A stretch of DNA of 64,000 bases from an uncultured delta proteobacterium (GTDB lineage Bacteria; Desulfobacterota; Binatia; Binatales; Binataceae), in assembly GCA_963808235.1 (NCBI GenBank), contig CAWEEQ010000004.1:2976001-3040000 (forward strand), written 5' to 3'. The position numbers and the translations under genes are program-made. Below, piece after piece: positions 36,945 to 46,098 of this stretch. Positions within the stretch are counted from its first letter, which is position 1; each line of letters begins with the position of its first letter. Under the pieces are notes generated by a model that was not told the DNA's origin, made no database searches, and saw nothing but the letters and a program-made list of their open reading frames with translations.

Positions 36945-38612
36945 TCAGGCCGGCTTGGTTACCAGGATAGTTTCCTTCCCACGTCGCTTCGAATTTCGCA
37001 TGAAGTAGATCGCGCCATAGACACCCCAGATTACCGAGAGCGCGACCGCGATTAGTGGCTCCTTCACGCTGCCGAGTCCCTCCAGCGGTCCAATGATGTA
37101 GAAGGCGAGGCACGCGAAGTTCGCGACTGCGCCGAATACCGGTATCACCATGTGCTTGAGGCCGTGGAACTCGTGACGCTCCTGGTAGGCGACGATGCAG
37201 ACGATGTTGGTCAGCCCATAGAGCAGGAACGTTCCGAAGTTCGAGGTCAGCGTCACCAGCAGCAAGCCGTTGGGCAGCGCTGCGAGTGAGGCGTTCGAAC
37301 TCATCCCGATCGCGTACCAGAAGTTATGCGGAAGCGTTGCGATCGTTTTGTCATCGGGAGCCGAGCCGCCCGCGAAATAAAAGAGCGCTGCATAGGCGCC
37401 AATCACTGCCGAGATTGTGGCGAGCACCCAGATCGCGCGATGCGGCGTCAGGTTCTCGCCATGCAGCAAGCCAAAGTGCTCCGGCACTTCCTCGTCACGG
37501 CCCATCGCGTAAGTCACGCGCGCGCCGGTGTTGATGCAGGAGAGCGTGGTGCCGATCAGCGCGAGGAATACCGTCAACGCTTCCATCAGCATGAACGCCT
37601 GGCCGTGGCCGCCCATCAGCGCATTGCCGATGATCACCATCATGTCGCCGAGCGGGGCCGCGGAACCTTTGGCTGCCCCGAGACTGTAGGCGCTGTTCAG
37701 GAAGTAGTTGGCCGCAAAGTATTCGATCAGGTAGCAGAACAAACCCTGAATCGTGAGCGACAGAAGTACTCCGCGAGGAATATCTTTCTTCGGGTTGATC
37801 GCTTCTTCGCCGAGCGCGGTGACGGATTCAAACCCGACCAGCAACAGAATCGCGACCGTCGCCTGCAGCATCACCCAGTCGAAACGATGCGGCAGGATGA
37901 CCGATATTGCGCTCGCGTGCGAGGGATTGTCTCCGCCGAAACCGTACTTGACCGCGGCTGCGACCGTGTTGCCGTTAACATCGAGGCCGAGGCCCATCGA
38001 GCCATGCGGATGCGCCATGCGATAGGCTACCGCCAGCGCCGAGAAGAACAGCAGCGCTACGATCTGGATGCCGTTGATTGCGATGTTGACCATCGTCGAG
38101 CCGTTCACGCCGCGAAACGCGATCCACGCAACTGCGAATGCGAAAATGATCGCGATCAACGCCATGAAGACCGGTCCCGGAATCGACGCGTTGATCGTGT
38201 TGGGCGCGACGTTGCCCACGATGTATCCGATCATGATGCCCATCGTCGCGACCATCACTCCCGGATAAATCCAGTAGTAGAGATGCGACGACCAGCCGAT
38301 CACGAACTTCGCGATACGCGCGAACCTGTAGGCTTTGGTCTTGTTGAGGAACGCCTGCTCGGCGAACAAATACGAACTGCCCGCGCCGGGATACAGCTTG
38401 GCCAGTTCCGAGTACGAGATTGCGGTTGCATACGCGAGCAGCAGCGCGACGAAGATACCGGCCCACATCGCCAGTCCCGACGGGAACGCGTAGCCAGCCT
38501 GCTGGACGAACGTAATCCACAGGAAGGCTCCCGGCGCGATCAGCGCCATCGCGTTGACCGTCACCCCGGTCAGGCCAAGGGTCGGCACCATTTTCTTTTG
38601 TTCTTCAGCCAT
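36945..38612 (-). CDS. APC-family amino acid/amine permease
   Basis: YSELAKLYPGAGSSY, GFESVTALGEEA.NPK, ARVTYAMGRD, TPHRAI; 12+ TM segments. Confidence 0.92.
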   Translation of the reverse strand: MAEEQKKMVPTLGLTGVTVNAMALIAPGAFLWITFVQQAGYAFPSGLAMWAGIFVALLLAYATAISYSELAKLYPGAGSSYLFAEQAFLNKTKAYRFARIAKFVIGWSSHLYYWIYPGVMVATMGIMIGYIVGNVAPNTINASIPGPVFMALIAIIFAFAVAWIAFRGVNGSTMVNIAINGIQIVALLFFSALAVAYRMAHPHGSMGLGLDVNGNTVAAAVKYGFGGDNPSHASAISVILPHRFDWVMLQATVAILLLVGFESVTALGEEAINPKKDIPRGVLLSLTIQGLFCYLIEYFAANYFLNSAYSLGAAKGSAAPLGDMMVIIGNALMGGHGQAFMLMEALTVFLALIGTTLSCINTGARVTYAMGRDEEVPEHFGLLHGENLTPHRAIWVLATISAVIGAYAALFYFAGGSAPDDKTIATLPHNFWYAIGMSSNASLAALPNGLLLVTLTSNFGTFLLYGLTNIVCIVAYQERHEFHGLKHMVIPVFGAVANFACLAFYIIGPLEGLGSVKEPLIAVALSVIWGVYGAIYFMRNSKRRGKETILVTKPA

Positions 38613-38693
38613 CTTCCCTCCTCGAATCGCAAAGCGCGGTCGGGACCTGCGCTTTGGGTGCTCCCGTTACGGGCGGGAACCAAAGAGGCGTAC

Positions 38694-38709
38694 AGCACGA
38701 AAAGTGCCA
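38694..38709 (-). promoter_or_regulatory. Sigma-54 (-24/-12) promoter for the APC-PP2C-kinase-amt unit
   Basis: Minus strand TGGCACTTTTCGTGCT, GG-N10-GC, about 80 bp upstream of the ATG. Confidence 0.7.
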
Positions 38710-38749
38710 TTGAAATTGGCCCGATCAATAGTGAAAAAAGCAATGCCAA

Positions 38750-38766
38750 TGCCCAAGCGATGGGCA
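38750..38766. promoter_or_regulatory. NtrC-like palindromic binding site
   Basis: TGCCC-N7-GGGCA, 17 bp (NtrC consensus TGCAC-N7-GTGCA), upstream of the sigma-54 motif. Confidence 0.5.
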
Positions 38767-38832
38767 TCCGCCTATCAAGTAGTCATCAGCACGCGATGGT
38801 TCGTTCTTTGTGCGACCGATGCCGCGTCGGGC

Positions 38833-39078
38833 TCAGCTAGCTGCGACGATGGCGCGGGCTACCAAGGCTGGAAGTTCGATCGTCATAAAGCAGCTTTCGG
38901 GGAATAGATAGTCTTCGCCGGATTCATCAACCACGCGCACTAGCCGGTGCCCCTCGGCGACCGAGTCGGGAACGACTCTGTAGACCTTGCGGAGTTCAAG
39001 TGATGCCGCGAAACCTCGGTTCCGGACACAGACCACAAAACGAGAATTTCCCGCGCGGTGTTTCAAGATTCCTTTCAA
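38833..39078 (-). CDS. Small conserved-looking hypothetical protein
   Basis: FVVCVRN.G..ASLELRKVY...RVVDESGEDYLFP pattern; 12-bp tandem duplication (39061-39084) at its 5' end. Confidence 0.65.
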   Translation of the reverse strand: MKGILKHRAGNSRFVVCVRNRGFAASLELRKVYRVVPDSVAEGHRLVRVVDESGEDYLFPESCFMTIELPALVARAIVAAS

Positions 39079-39148
39079 GATTCCGAGGATAATAGGCGGC
39101 GGGTCACTCCGAAAGACAATACGCCGTCATCACTTTGCGCGATTCATT

Positions 39149-39640
39149 TTAGTTGCCGCATCTCTCCAGCGATTCAAATTGCCAATTGGCCAGTCGATAC
39201 ACCAGGCCGAGCGACTTGAGTTTCATCCCGAGCGACCCGGCCGTTGCCGCCGCGGCTTCCGCGCGGGTGACTATCCCGGCAACGATTGGATCTCCGGAAG
39301 CCGGGTCGAGCACCCGCAGCTCGATCTCGTCAGTATCGGGCAGAGTTGCGAACAGCCGGGAGATCGCGGCGTCGACATCCTGGAGGCATTGCTGCACGAA
39401 TAACTGCGCGGCCCGCTCCGGAGGCACGCCGCGATCCCAGGGATGAATTTTTCTTGCGTGCCATTCGACTTCGAGCCGATTGCGCATCCTCTTGAGCGAA
39501 AGGCCGTCGTTGCGAATTCCCGCCCGACGATTAACCTCGAGCGCCCCGATCACCTTGCGCCGCAGTCGCTGCTGAGCCAGATAGGTTACAAATTTTTTCG
39601 CTGCGCTTATCACAATCCGGTTCCATGCTCGGGCCGGCAC
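39149..39640 (-). CDS. Hypothetical soluble protein downstream of amt copy 1
   Basis: 163-aa ORF with globular composition, co-oriented with amt; no family recognised. Confidence 0.6.
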   Translation of the reverse strand: MPARAWNRIVISAAKKFVTYLAQQRLRRKVIGALEVNRRAGIRNDGLSLKRMRNRLEVEWHARKIHPWDRGVPPERAAQLFVQQCLQDVDAAISRLFATLPDTDEIELRVLDPASGDPIVAGIVTRAEAAAATAGSLGMKLKSLGLVYRLANWQFESLERCGN

Positions 39641-39754
39641 GAGTCGTTGGCTGAATACCGACTCGGGCCGGCCCGTCTGCTTCGCGCACTTTAGATGACT
39701 TCCCGCAAAGCCATCGGTGCAGTTAAAAGTTAACCGTTCACTTCGAAGGCGCGA

Positions 39755-41317
39755 TCAGCTTGCCTCCTTCATCTTGATTTTCGGAAGCTTCACGCCGGTG
39801 CGCCGGCCGATTGGTACGTCGTCGATAGTCTTCGGGCACCCGTCGTCACCGTTAACCACATATTCCGGGTACGCCGGGAATCCGTGCTCGTGCAAGTCGA
39901 GTCCTTCAATTTCTCCCTCGGTCGGAATGCGCAGTCTGAAGCTCCACTTGATTGCGTACATAAGGGCCATCGAGACAACGAAGGTCGCGATCGTGATCGA
40001 AAAACTTCCGATCATCTGCGCCTTCAGAACCCCAAAGCCGCCTCCGTAAAAGAGGCCGGTAACAACACTGCTAGTGTCCGCGCCCATCGCGGTCGGCGCG
40101 CCGTACTTGCCGGCAGCGAACAGCCCCAGCGACAGCGTGCCCCAGATTCCCGCGATCATATGCACCGGGACCGCCCCGATAGGATCGTCAATGCGCAGGT
40201 ATTCGAGCAGGTCGATACCCCAGACCACTACGATTCCAGCGCCGATTCCGAGCAGGAACGCGCCCTCGGGATCGACCCAGTAGCAGGGGCAGGTTATCGC
40301 AACCAGTCCGGCCAGGAATCCGTTGACGGTCAGCGCCAGATCCCACTTCTGACCCTTGATGTACGAATAAAAGAGCGATGTCAGGCCCGCCGAGCAGGCT
40401 GCTATCGTCGTGTTGAACGAGACGCGGCCTATGCCTTGTGCATCCATGGCCGAAAGCGTGCTGCCTGGATTGAACCCGTACCATCCGAACCACAGGATGA
40501 GTCCGCCGGTCGCACCGATGATCAAGTCGTGTGGCTTCATCGGTTGACCGCCGTCGCGCTTGAACACGCGTCCGAGCCTGGGTCCGAGTGCGATTGCGCC
40601 CGCCAGAGAGATCGTTCCGCCGATCGTATGGACCACGGTCGATCCCGCGAAATCGTGAAAGTTAACCGGGTTCAGATTCGCCAGCCACCCGTCCGGACCC
40701 CATGCCCAGTGACCGATGATCGGATAGATGAAGCCGGTGACGCCGACGCTGTAGAGCAAGTCGCCGATAAAATCGCAGCGACCGATCATCGCGCCCGAGG
40801 TAACCGTCGAGCAGGTGTCCGCGAATGCATACTGGAATACCCAGTACGCGAGCAGCGGAACGCCGGTGGTGCCGTACGTCGGCGCGAGGCCATGCAGCAT
40901 GAAGCCGGTGGTGCCAATCCATGGCGTTCCCGGACAGAACATGAATGCGAAACCCCACAGCCAGAACGTGACACCGCAGATGCAGGTGTCGGCGATACCT
41001 TCCACCAGGATGTTGACCGTCTCACGTGACCGGGCAAATCCCGACTCCAGCATCACGAATCCAACCTGCATGCAGAAAACCAGGTACGCGGCGACCAGCG
41101 TCCACACCGTATTGATCGCGTTGATATGCGGCGGCGGTAATGCCGGCGCGGTGTCGGCATATGCCGAGGCCGGCAGATACCACTTCGTGATCAGTAACAG
41201 CACCAGTCCGAGCCCGATCATTTTGCCGGCCAATAGCGATCCCGCGTTGCGGCGGACCATCGGGTCACGCCATGCTTCGCGGATCCTCTGCGGTAATCCT
41301 ACTAATCCTGAGTACAT
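39755..41317 (-). CDS. amt: Ammonium transporter (Amt/Mep), copy 1, with N- and C-terminal extensions
   Basis: MQVGFVMLESG, HDFAGSTVVH, WFGWYGFNPGS, NGFLAGLVAIT, DDPIGAVPVH, EIEGLD; RBS GGAGGGAG before ATG at 41317. Confidence 0.95.
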   Translation of the reverse strand: MYSGLVGLPQRIREAWRDPMVRRNAGSLLAGKMIGLGLVLLLITKWYLPASAYADTAPALPPPHINAINTVWTLVAAYLVFCMQVGFVMLESGFARSRETVNILVEGIADTCICGVTFWLWGFAFMFCPGTPWIGTTGFMLHGLAPTYGTTGVPLLAYWVFQYAFADTCSTVTSGAMIGRCDFIGDLLYSVGVTGFIYPIIGHWAWGPDGWLANLNPVNFHDFAGSTVVHTIGGTISLAGAIALGPRLGRVFKRDGGQPMKPHDLIIGATGGLILWFGWYGFNPGSTLSAMDAQGIGRVSFNTTIAACSAGLTSLFYSYIKGQKWDLALTVNGFLAGLVAITCPCYWVDPEGAFLLGIGAGIVVVWGIDLLEYLRIDDPIGAVPVHMIAGIWGTLSLGLFAAGKYGAPTAMGADTSSVVTGLFYGGGFGVLKAQMIGSFSITIATFVVSMALMYAIKWSFRLRIPTEGEIEGLDLHEHGFPAYPEYVVNGDDGCPKTIDDVPIGRRTGVKLPKIKMKEAS

Positions 41318-41405
41318 CAGATCGTCTCCCTCCAAGTTTGATTTTGGCGTTGGCCTGCGCGCCCCAGCCGGCGCGAACGGACGCGGACTTCGCGCCCAGC
41401 AGTGG

Positions 41406-41421
41406 AGCAACTGCGATGCCA
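41406..41421 (-). promoter_or_regulatory. Sigma-54 (-24/-12) promoter for amt copy 1
   Basis: Minus strand TGGCATCGCAGTTGCT; upstream palindrome ATCGTGCA-N3-TGCACGAT at 41451-41469. Confidence 0.75.
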
Positions 41422-41565
41422 TGCAAATTGCAGCTATTTCAAAACAGGAGATCGTGCACTTTGCACGATTTGCAGGCATACGGCGACTGCGGAGTCATCA
41501 CTGGAGGAAGTGTCTATACCGCGCGCAAATGGGCAAGGCAGTGAAGCAAAGTGGAAGAGACCAGC

Positions 41566-43095
41566 CTATTTTGCTCGCGAGCGCGGAACACCCAGCGCCA
41601 CCATCAGCAGAGGACTTTTGCCCGCGGCGTGCGGCGCGAAAAATTTTGTCGTGTCGTCGTCATAGAAAGTAAGTCCCGTCGCACCGCGGCCGAGCGAGTA
41701 CGCGGCCAGGTAGGCGCGGCCTCCCAGAATTCCCGCTTCGAGATGAGCTTCGCCGTAGCCGCGATTTCCGAATGCGCCGAGCACGCGCTCGAGGTCCGTC
41801 ATGTAAACGACCAGCGCGCTGCAATCCATTCCGAGCGGCTGCTCGAGGCACAGGTATCCGGCCTCGCCGCGGAAGTTGCCCGGTTTCAGCAGCTCGAATC
41901 CGCGCTCGCGCCGATTGTAGTAGTACGCGCCGGACTCCATCCCGCTCGCCGCGTTGACGATCAGGTAGGTATCGGTCAGGGGCGGAAAGTCGGCGCGCGG
42001 ATGCTCACTCGAGGCGGCCATGATAGTGGCGAGTTCCTCCGCGGTGATCGCGTCCTGGGCAAACGCTCGCGTCGAGCCGCGGCGCAAAATTGTCTCGCCG
42101 AGGCCAATCGCCTCTTCGGGCTCGATCACGTTGAAGCGACGCATCCCGATGGCCGGATGCTCTGGCCTGGGTTCGAGATTTGCGTTTGCGACCAGCCCGA
42201 CCTCGTCGGCGGTCACCAGGCGCGACTCGCGATGTATCTTCACCAGATCGTTGTAGACCACCTCGCTCGCTGAGAGTGGAATCGTTTCAAGTTCGAGCGG
42301 CGAAAGTGCCGGCGACGGTGCGGCCGGCTCTTCCGAACCGCCGAGCGCAATCAGCACGACCATCCCTTCTCGTTCGCCGTCGATTCCGAGCAGCGTCTCG
42401 AGTGCCGGATCCTCGAAAGCGGTAATCACTTCAGCGGAAATTCCGTCCGCCGCGGCTGCGGCAAGCAGATTCGCGAGCATCGTGCCCGCGTCCCAATAGC
42501 AATAGCGATAGGCCCGCGCGCGATACTTCCATTCGCTTCGCCAATAGATCGCGGTGAGCGCAATCACCGCGCTCGCGCGCCCGATCGACGGACGCATCGC
42601 GGCCGCTTTTGCCAGGTACTCGCGCCAGTCCCCGCGCCGAAGACCGGTCATCCGCAAATCCGCGGGCGAAAAGTGATAAAGGCCGGCCTCCAGTCCTTCG
42701 ACCGCAGTCGCGCTCACGTAAATCTCTATCGGGTAGAGCGCGCCGGCCGATGGCGCCGCGCGAAAATGGTAATCCTCGTTGCCGACGCGCTTTTGCCGCG
42801 TGAGTCCGTCGGCGCAGAACAGTATCCGGGTGAGCGCGGCAATATCGACCGGCGCGGACGACTGCGGCGCCGGACTCATCTCAAGCGCGGCCAGAGTGGG
42901 CATCGCCGCCAGGTTCAGATCGCGTGGCAGCGCGACCGATGCGGCGCCGGGATAGATCTTGTACGGGATCGGCTTGTTGTCCCAGTCGAGAATATGCGGC
43001 GACGAACGAACGCTCGTGTAGGAGTGCTTGGTGACCTCGTGAAAAACGCGAGCCGCCTCGATGTATTCGTTGCCCAATTCGATACCTCGCACCAT
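41566..43095 (-). CDS. SagB/ThcOx-family dehydrogenase with tandem nitroreductase domains
   Basis: FRAAPSAGALYPIEIY, WKYRARAYR, DAG; second domain RRGSTRAF..AYLAAYSLG.GATG. Confidence 0.88.
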   Translation of the reverse strand: MVRGIELGNEYIEAARVFHEVTKHSYTSVRSSPHILDWDNKPIPYKIYPGAASVALPRDLNLAAMPTLAALEMSPAPQSSAPVDIAALTRILFCADGLTRQKRVGNEDYHFRAAPSAGALYPIEIYVSATAVEGLEAGLYHFSPADLRMTGLRRGDWREYLAKAAAMRPSIGRASAVIALTAIYWRSEWKYRARAYRYCYWDAGTMLANLLAAAAADGISAEVITAFEDPALETLLGIDGEREGMVVLIALGGSEEPAAPSPALSPLELETIPLSASEVVYNDLVKIHRESRLVTADEVGLVANANLEPRPEHPAIGMRRFNVIEPEEAIGLGETILRRGSTRAFAQDAITAEELATIMAASSEHPRADFPPLTDTYLIVNAASGMESGAYYYNRRERGFELLKPGNFRGEAGYLCLEQPLGMDCSALVVYMTDLERVLGAFGNRGYGEAHLEAGILGGRAYLAAYSLGRGATGLTFYDDDTTKFFAPHAAGKSPLLMVALGVPRSRAK

Positions 43096-43176
43096 ACCGA
43101 TCGTTCAATTGACAAGAGCGCGGTCGGGCGTGCTATACGAAAATTTCCGCGCGCCCGCGCACCAGGAGAGTTTATC

Positions 43177-44103
43177 ATGGCTCGGAAACTGACGCCTTCG
43201 GACGTGAAAGGTTTGTTCGAGAAGCTGAGCAATTGGGGCCGCTGGGGCAAGGACGACGAACGCGGCGCGCTCAACTTCATCACCAACCAGAAACGCGCGG
43301 CCGCGGCCCGGCTCGTGCAAACCGGAGAGACCATCTCGATGGCGCTTCCGCTCGCTACTATTCCGGCAGCCGACAATCCGATGCCAGTGACCCATCTGAT
43401 GGTTCAAGCCGGGACCGACGCGCACGAGCAGGCGCTACCCTATGCCGGCGACTACTTCGCGATCGCGCCGCATGGAATGGCGAATACTCATCTCGACGCG
43501 CTCTGCCATGTGTTCTGGCAAAACAAAATGTACAACGGTTTCGACGCCAAGGAAGTCGGCTCGCACGGCGCGAAAAAGTGCGCTATCGACGTCACTCGCG
43601 CGGGTGTCTTGAGTCGTGGCGTTCTGTTGGATATTCCACGGCTCAAAAAAGTCGAGTGGCTCGAGCCGCGCGATCCGATCTTCCCCGAAGATCTCGACGC
43701 CGCCGAGAAGGCGCAGCGCGTTCGCGTCGAAGAGGGCGACGTCCTGCTGGTCCGCACAGGACGCTCGACGCGACGCAAGTCGAAAGGCGGATGGGATCCG
43801 ATGGGTGTCGGCATGCCGGGGCTCGATGCGAGTTGCTTGCCGTGGCTCCACGAGCGGAAGATCGCGGTTCTTGGCAGTGATGCGGTGAGCGACGTGGTGC
43901 CGAGCGGATACGACGGAATCCTCCTCCCGATTCACGTCGGAACCCTGGTCGCATTGGGTATACATCTGATCGACAACGCGGATTTCGACGCTCTGTCAGA
44001 GACATGTGCGCGCCTTGGACGAAGCGAATTCATGTTCTCGATGAGCACGCTCATCCTGGAACGCGGCACCGCATCGCCGGTCAATCCCCTGGCAATATTC
44101 TGA
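43177..44103 (+). CDS. Cyclase family (kynurenine formamidase-like) metal hydrolase
   Basis: SNWGRWG.DDE.GALN, HG..THLDAL.H, GDVLLVRTG, SPVNPLAIF; RBS AGGAG. Confidence 0.9.
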   Translation: MARKLTPSDVKGLFEKLSNWGRWGKDDERGALNFITNQKRAAAARLVQTGETISMALPLATIPAADNPMPVTHLMVQAGTDAHEQALPYAGDYFAIAPHGMANTHLDALCHVFWQNKMYNGFDAKEVGSHGAKKCAIDVTRAGVLSRGVLLDIPRLKKVEWLEPRDPIFPEDLDAAEKAQRVRVEEGDVLLVRTGRSTRRKSKGGWDPMGVGMPGLDASCLPWLHERKIAVLGSDAVSDVVPSGYDGILLPIHVGTLVALGIHLIDNADFDALSETCARLGRSEFMFSMSTLILERGTASPVNPLAIF

Positions 44104-44121
44104 AACGATCGCGTCAACAGG

Positions 44122-45330
44122 ATGAATATGAAAACGGAAGAATTAGTAATCGATTGCGACGGACACATACTCGAGCCGCCCGACCTCTGGGAGAAATATA
44201 TCGATCCCAGGTATCGCGACCGCGCGATGCGAATCCGGGTCGGCGACGATGGCTTCGAATATCTGGAGATCGATCGCAAGCGCGCGAAGATGACTGCGCC
44301 CGGACTGCTCGGCTCGCTCGGTGGGATGGGCAAGCGGGTCGAGGATGCAAAGAAACTCCGTGAAGCTGCGATGAGTGGCGGCGAGATCAAGCCGGAGCAG
44401 ATGCGGATGATGGCGCCGAAGCCCGAAAACACCTACCTCAAGGGCGCCGCGTTCGGCACCATGAACATGAAGGAGCGCCTCGAGCTGCTCAAGCAGGAAG
44501 GGATGGAAAAAGCCATCCTCTATCCAACGATCGGATTGCTCTGGGAGGCGGAACTCTTCGACGCGGAACTATCGGCGGCGTATTGCCGTGCTTACAACCG
44601 ATGGATCGCGGACTTCTGCCGCGACTCCGGCGGCCGCTTGATCGCGATCGCGCACCTATCGCTCGGCGATCCCGCCGAGGCCGCGCGCGAACTCGAGCGC
44701 GCCGTGAAAGACGGATGCAAAGGCGCATTCGTTTGCCCCTTTACGATCACGCGCGTACCGCACGGCGACAAACGTCATGACGCGGTGTTCGCCGCCGCGC
44801 AGGATCTCGACGTGCCGCTCGCCATTCATCCCACCTTCGAGCCCGCGAGCTTCGGTATCCATCATCGTTACGACAACTTTGGATGGGCCGCGTGGTACTT
44901 CGATCTGTTCGCTGGCCAGGGCGTGCAGCACGCATTTGGCACGTTCTTTCAGTTAGGCGTATTCGATCGTTTTCCGAAGCTGTGCACAGTGGTCCTGGAA
45001 TCGCAGGCCGGATGGATCGGTTACTTCCTGGATCGCGGCGACGCAATTTTTAACGGAACGACGCTCGGCGCGACCGTCCGGCTGAAGGAATCGCCGTCAT
45101 ATTATTTCAAGCGCCAATGTTATATCTCGGCGGATCCCGATGAGCGGACAATCGCCGCGATGATGCAAATCGTCGGCGAGGACAAGTTTTTCTGGGCCAG
45201 CGACTATCCGCATCCCGACCATCCGGGAAACTACCTCGAGGAGTTGAAGGGTATGATCGCGCCCATGAAAGACTCCGGCCGCCGCGCAATCCTCGGCGAA
45301 AACGTAGCCCGCGCCTACAAACTCATGTAA
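44122..45330 (+). CDS. Amidohydrolase_2 family protein
   Basis: IDCDGH, YNRWIADFC, AIHP, LE..GW, WASDYPH. Confidence 0.9.
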   Translation: MNMKTEELVIDCDGHILEPPDLWEKYIDPRYRDRAMRIRVGDDGFEYLEIDRKRAKMTAPGLLGSLGGMGKRVEDAKKLREAAMSGGEIKPEQMRMMAPKPENTYLKGAAFGTMNMKERLELLKQEGMEKAILYPTIGLLWEAELFDAELSAAYCRAYNRWIADFCRDSGGRLIAIAHLSLGDPAEAARELERAVKDGCKGAFVCPFTITRVPHGDKRHDAVFAAAQDLDVPLAIHPTFEPASFGIHHRYDNFGWAAWYFDLFAGQGVQHAFGTFFQLGVFDRFPKLCTVVLESQAGWIGYFLDRGDAIFNGTTLGATVRLKESPSYYFKRQCYISADPDERTIAAMMQIVGEDKFFWASDYPHPDHPGNYLEELKGMIAPMKDSGRRAILGENVARAYKLM

Positions 45331-45472
45331 GCAAATCTCCCGGCGAGGGGCGCTTTCGGTAAAGGACTTTGGTTGTCGATGGTGATACAAGCATTTTTCC
45401 CGACGCGTTTTCTCAGGGCGATTCGGGCTTTTTCGAGGTAGGGCTCATCGGTCAAGGACAGGAGTTTGAGCG

Positions 45473-45797
45473 TCACCCGCCGACGCGAACAATCTCGCCC
45501 GCCCGGCTCTTGGAAATCGCTTCCAGGGCAGGAGTAAACGAGTGGAAGTAGATCGTTCAGCTTGCTGCTCGATGCGACCAGTACAACGATGCCCAGCCGC
45601 GCGCCCGCAAGATTCTGTTAGAACTGAAGGTTCTGGTCGGCGGTTAAGAAGATTTCGAATCCCGCATTTGCAGCACGGCGCAAGAGCTCTCCGTTCTTGA
45701 GGCCAGCCCAGCCCTGCTGTTGGACGGTACGAACATCGTGCCCAGTTAGCTCACGAGCCAGACGACGCGGAAGCTGCTCATCGAGGAGGACGCGCAC
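45473..45797 (-). pseudogene. DUF5615/PIN-like (VapC45-type) toxin with an in-frame TAA (45618-45620) and a +1 frameshift
   Basis: Manual translation VRVLLDEQLPRRL..HDVRTV..GW.G.KNGELL..A...F..FLTADQNLQF*QNL; lies directly downstream of DUF433. Confidence 0.8.
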
Positions 45798-46017
45798 TCG
45801 CCGTCAGAACCTCATGAGCCGCCTCAAGCGCCGCAATTGCCTGGTCGCGGGAAACCGAAGGGAAGTCGTCCAGGAATTCGTCCAAACTCTGTCCGCCCTC
45901 CAGGTAGTCGATCAGGTTGCGCAAGGGAACGCGGGTCCCCACAAAGACGGGCGTTCCGCCAAGAATTTGCGGGTCGCTGTGCACGACCGGAGTTTGACTG
46001 TTGATGGAGTGTTCCAT
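45778..46017 (-). CDS. DUF433 antitoxin-like protein
   Basis: DPQILGGTPVFVGTRVP..L.DYL..G.S..EFL.DFP. Confidence 0.92.
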   Translation of the reverse strand: MEHSINSQTPVVHSDPQILGGTPVFVGTRVPLRNLIDYLEGGQSLDEFLDDFPSVSRDQAIAALEAAHEVLTASARPPR

Positions 46018-46098
46018 CTGGGTTGAATTCTAGCGCAAGAATCGTGTCCTTCATAACAAACGTGGCGCGTGCGTACAAACTCAGGTAGGTATTTCCGC

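Noticed and set aside
41566-43095. Azole RiPP cluster suggested by the SagB-like dehydrogenase
   Set aside because: No YcaO, E1-like protein or Cys/Ser/Thr-rich precursor nearby; standalone tandem SagB proteins are common.
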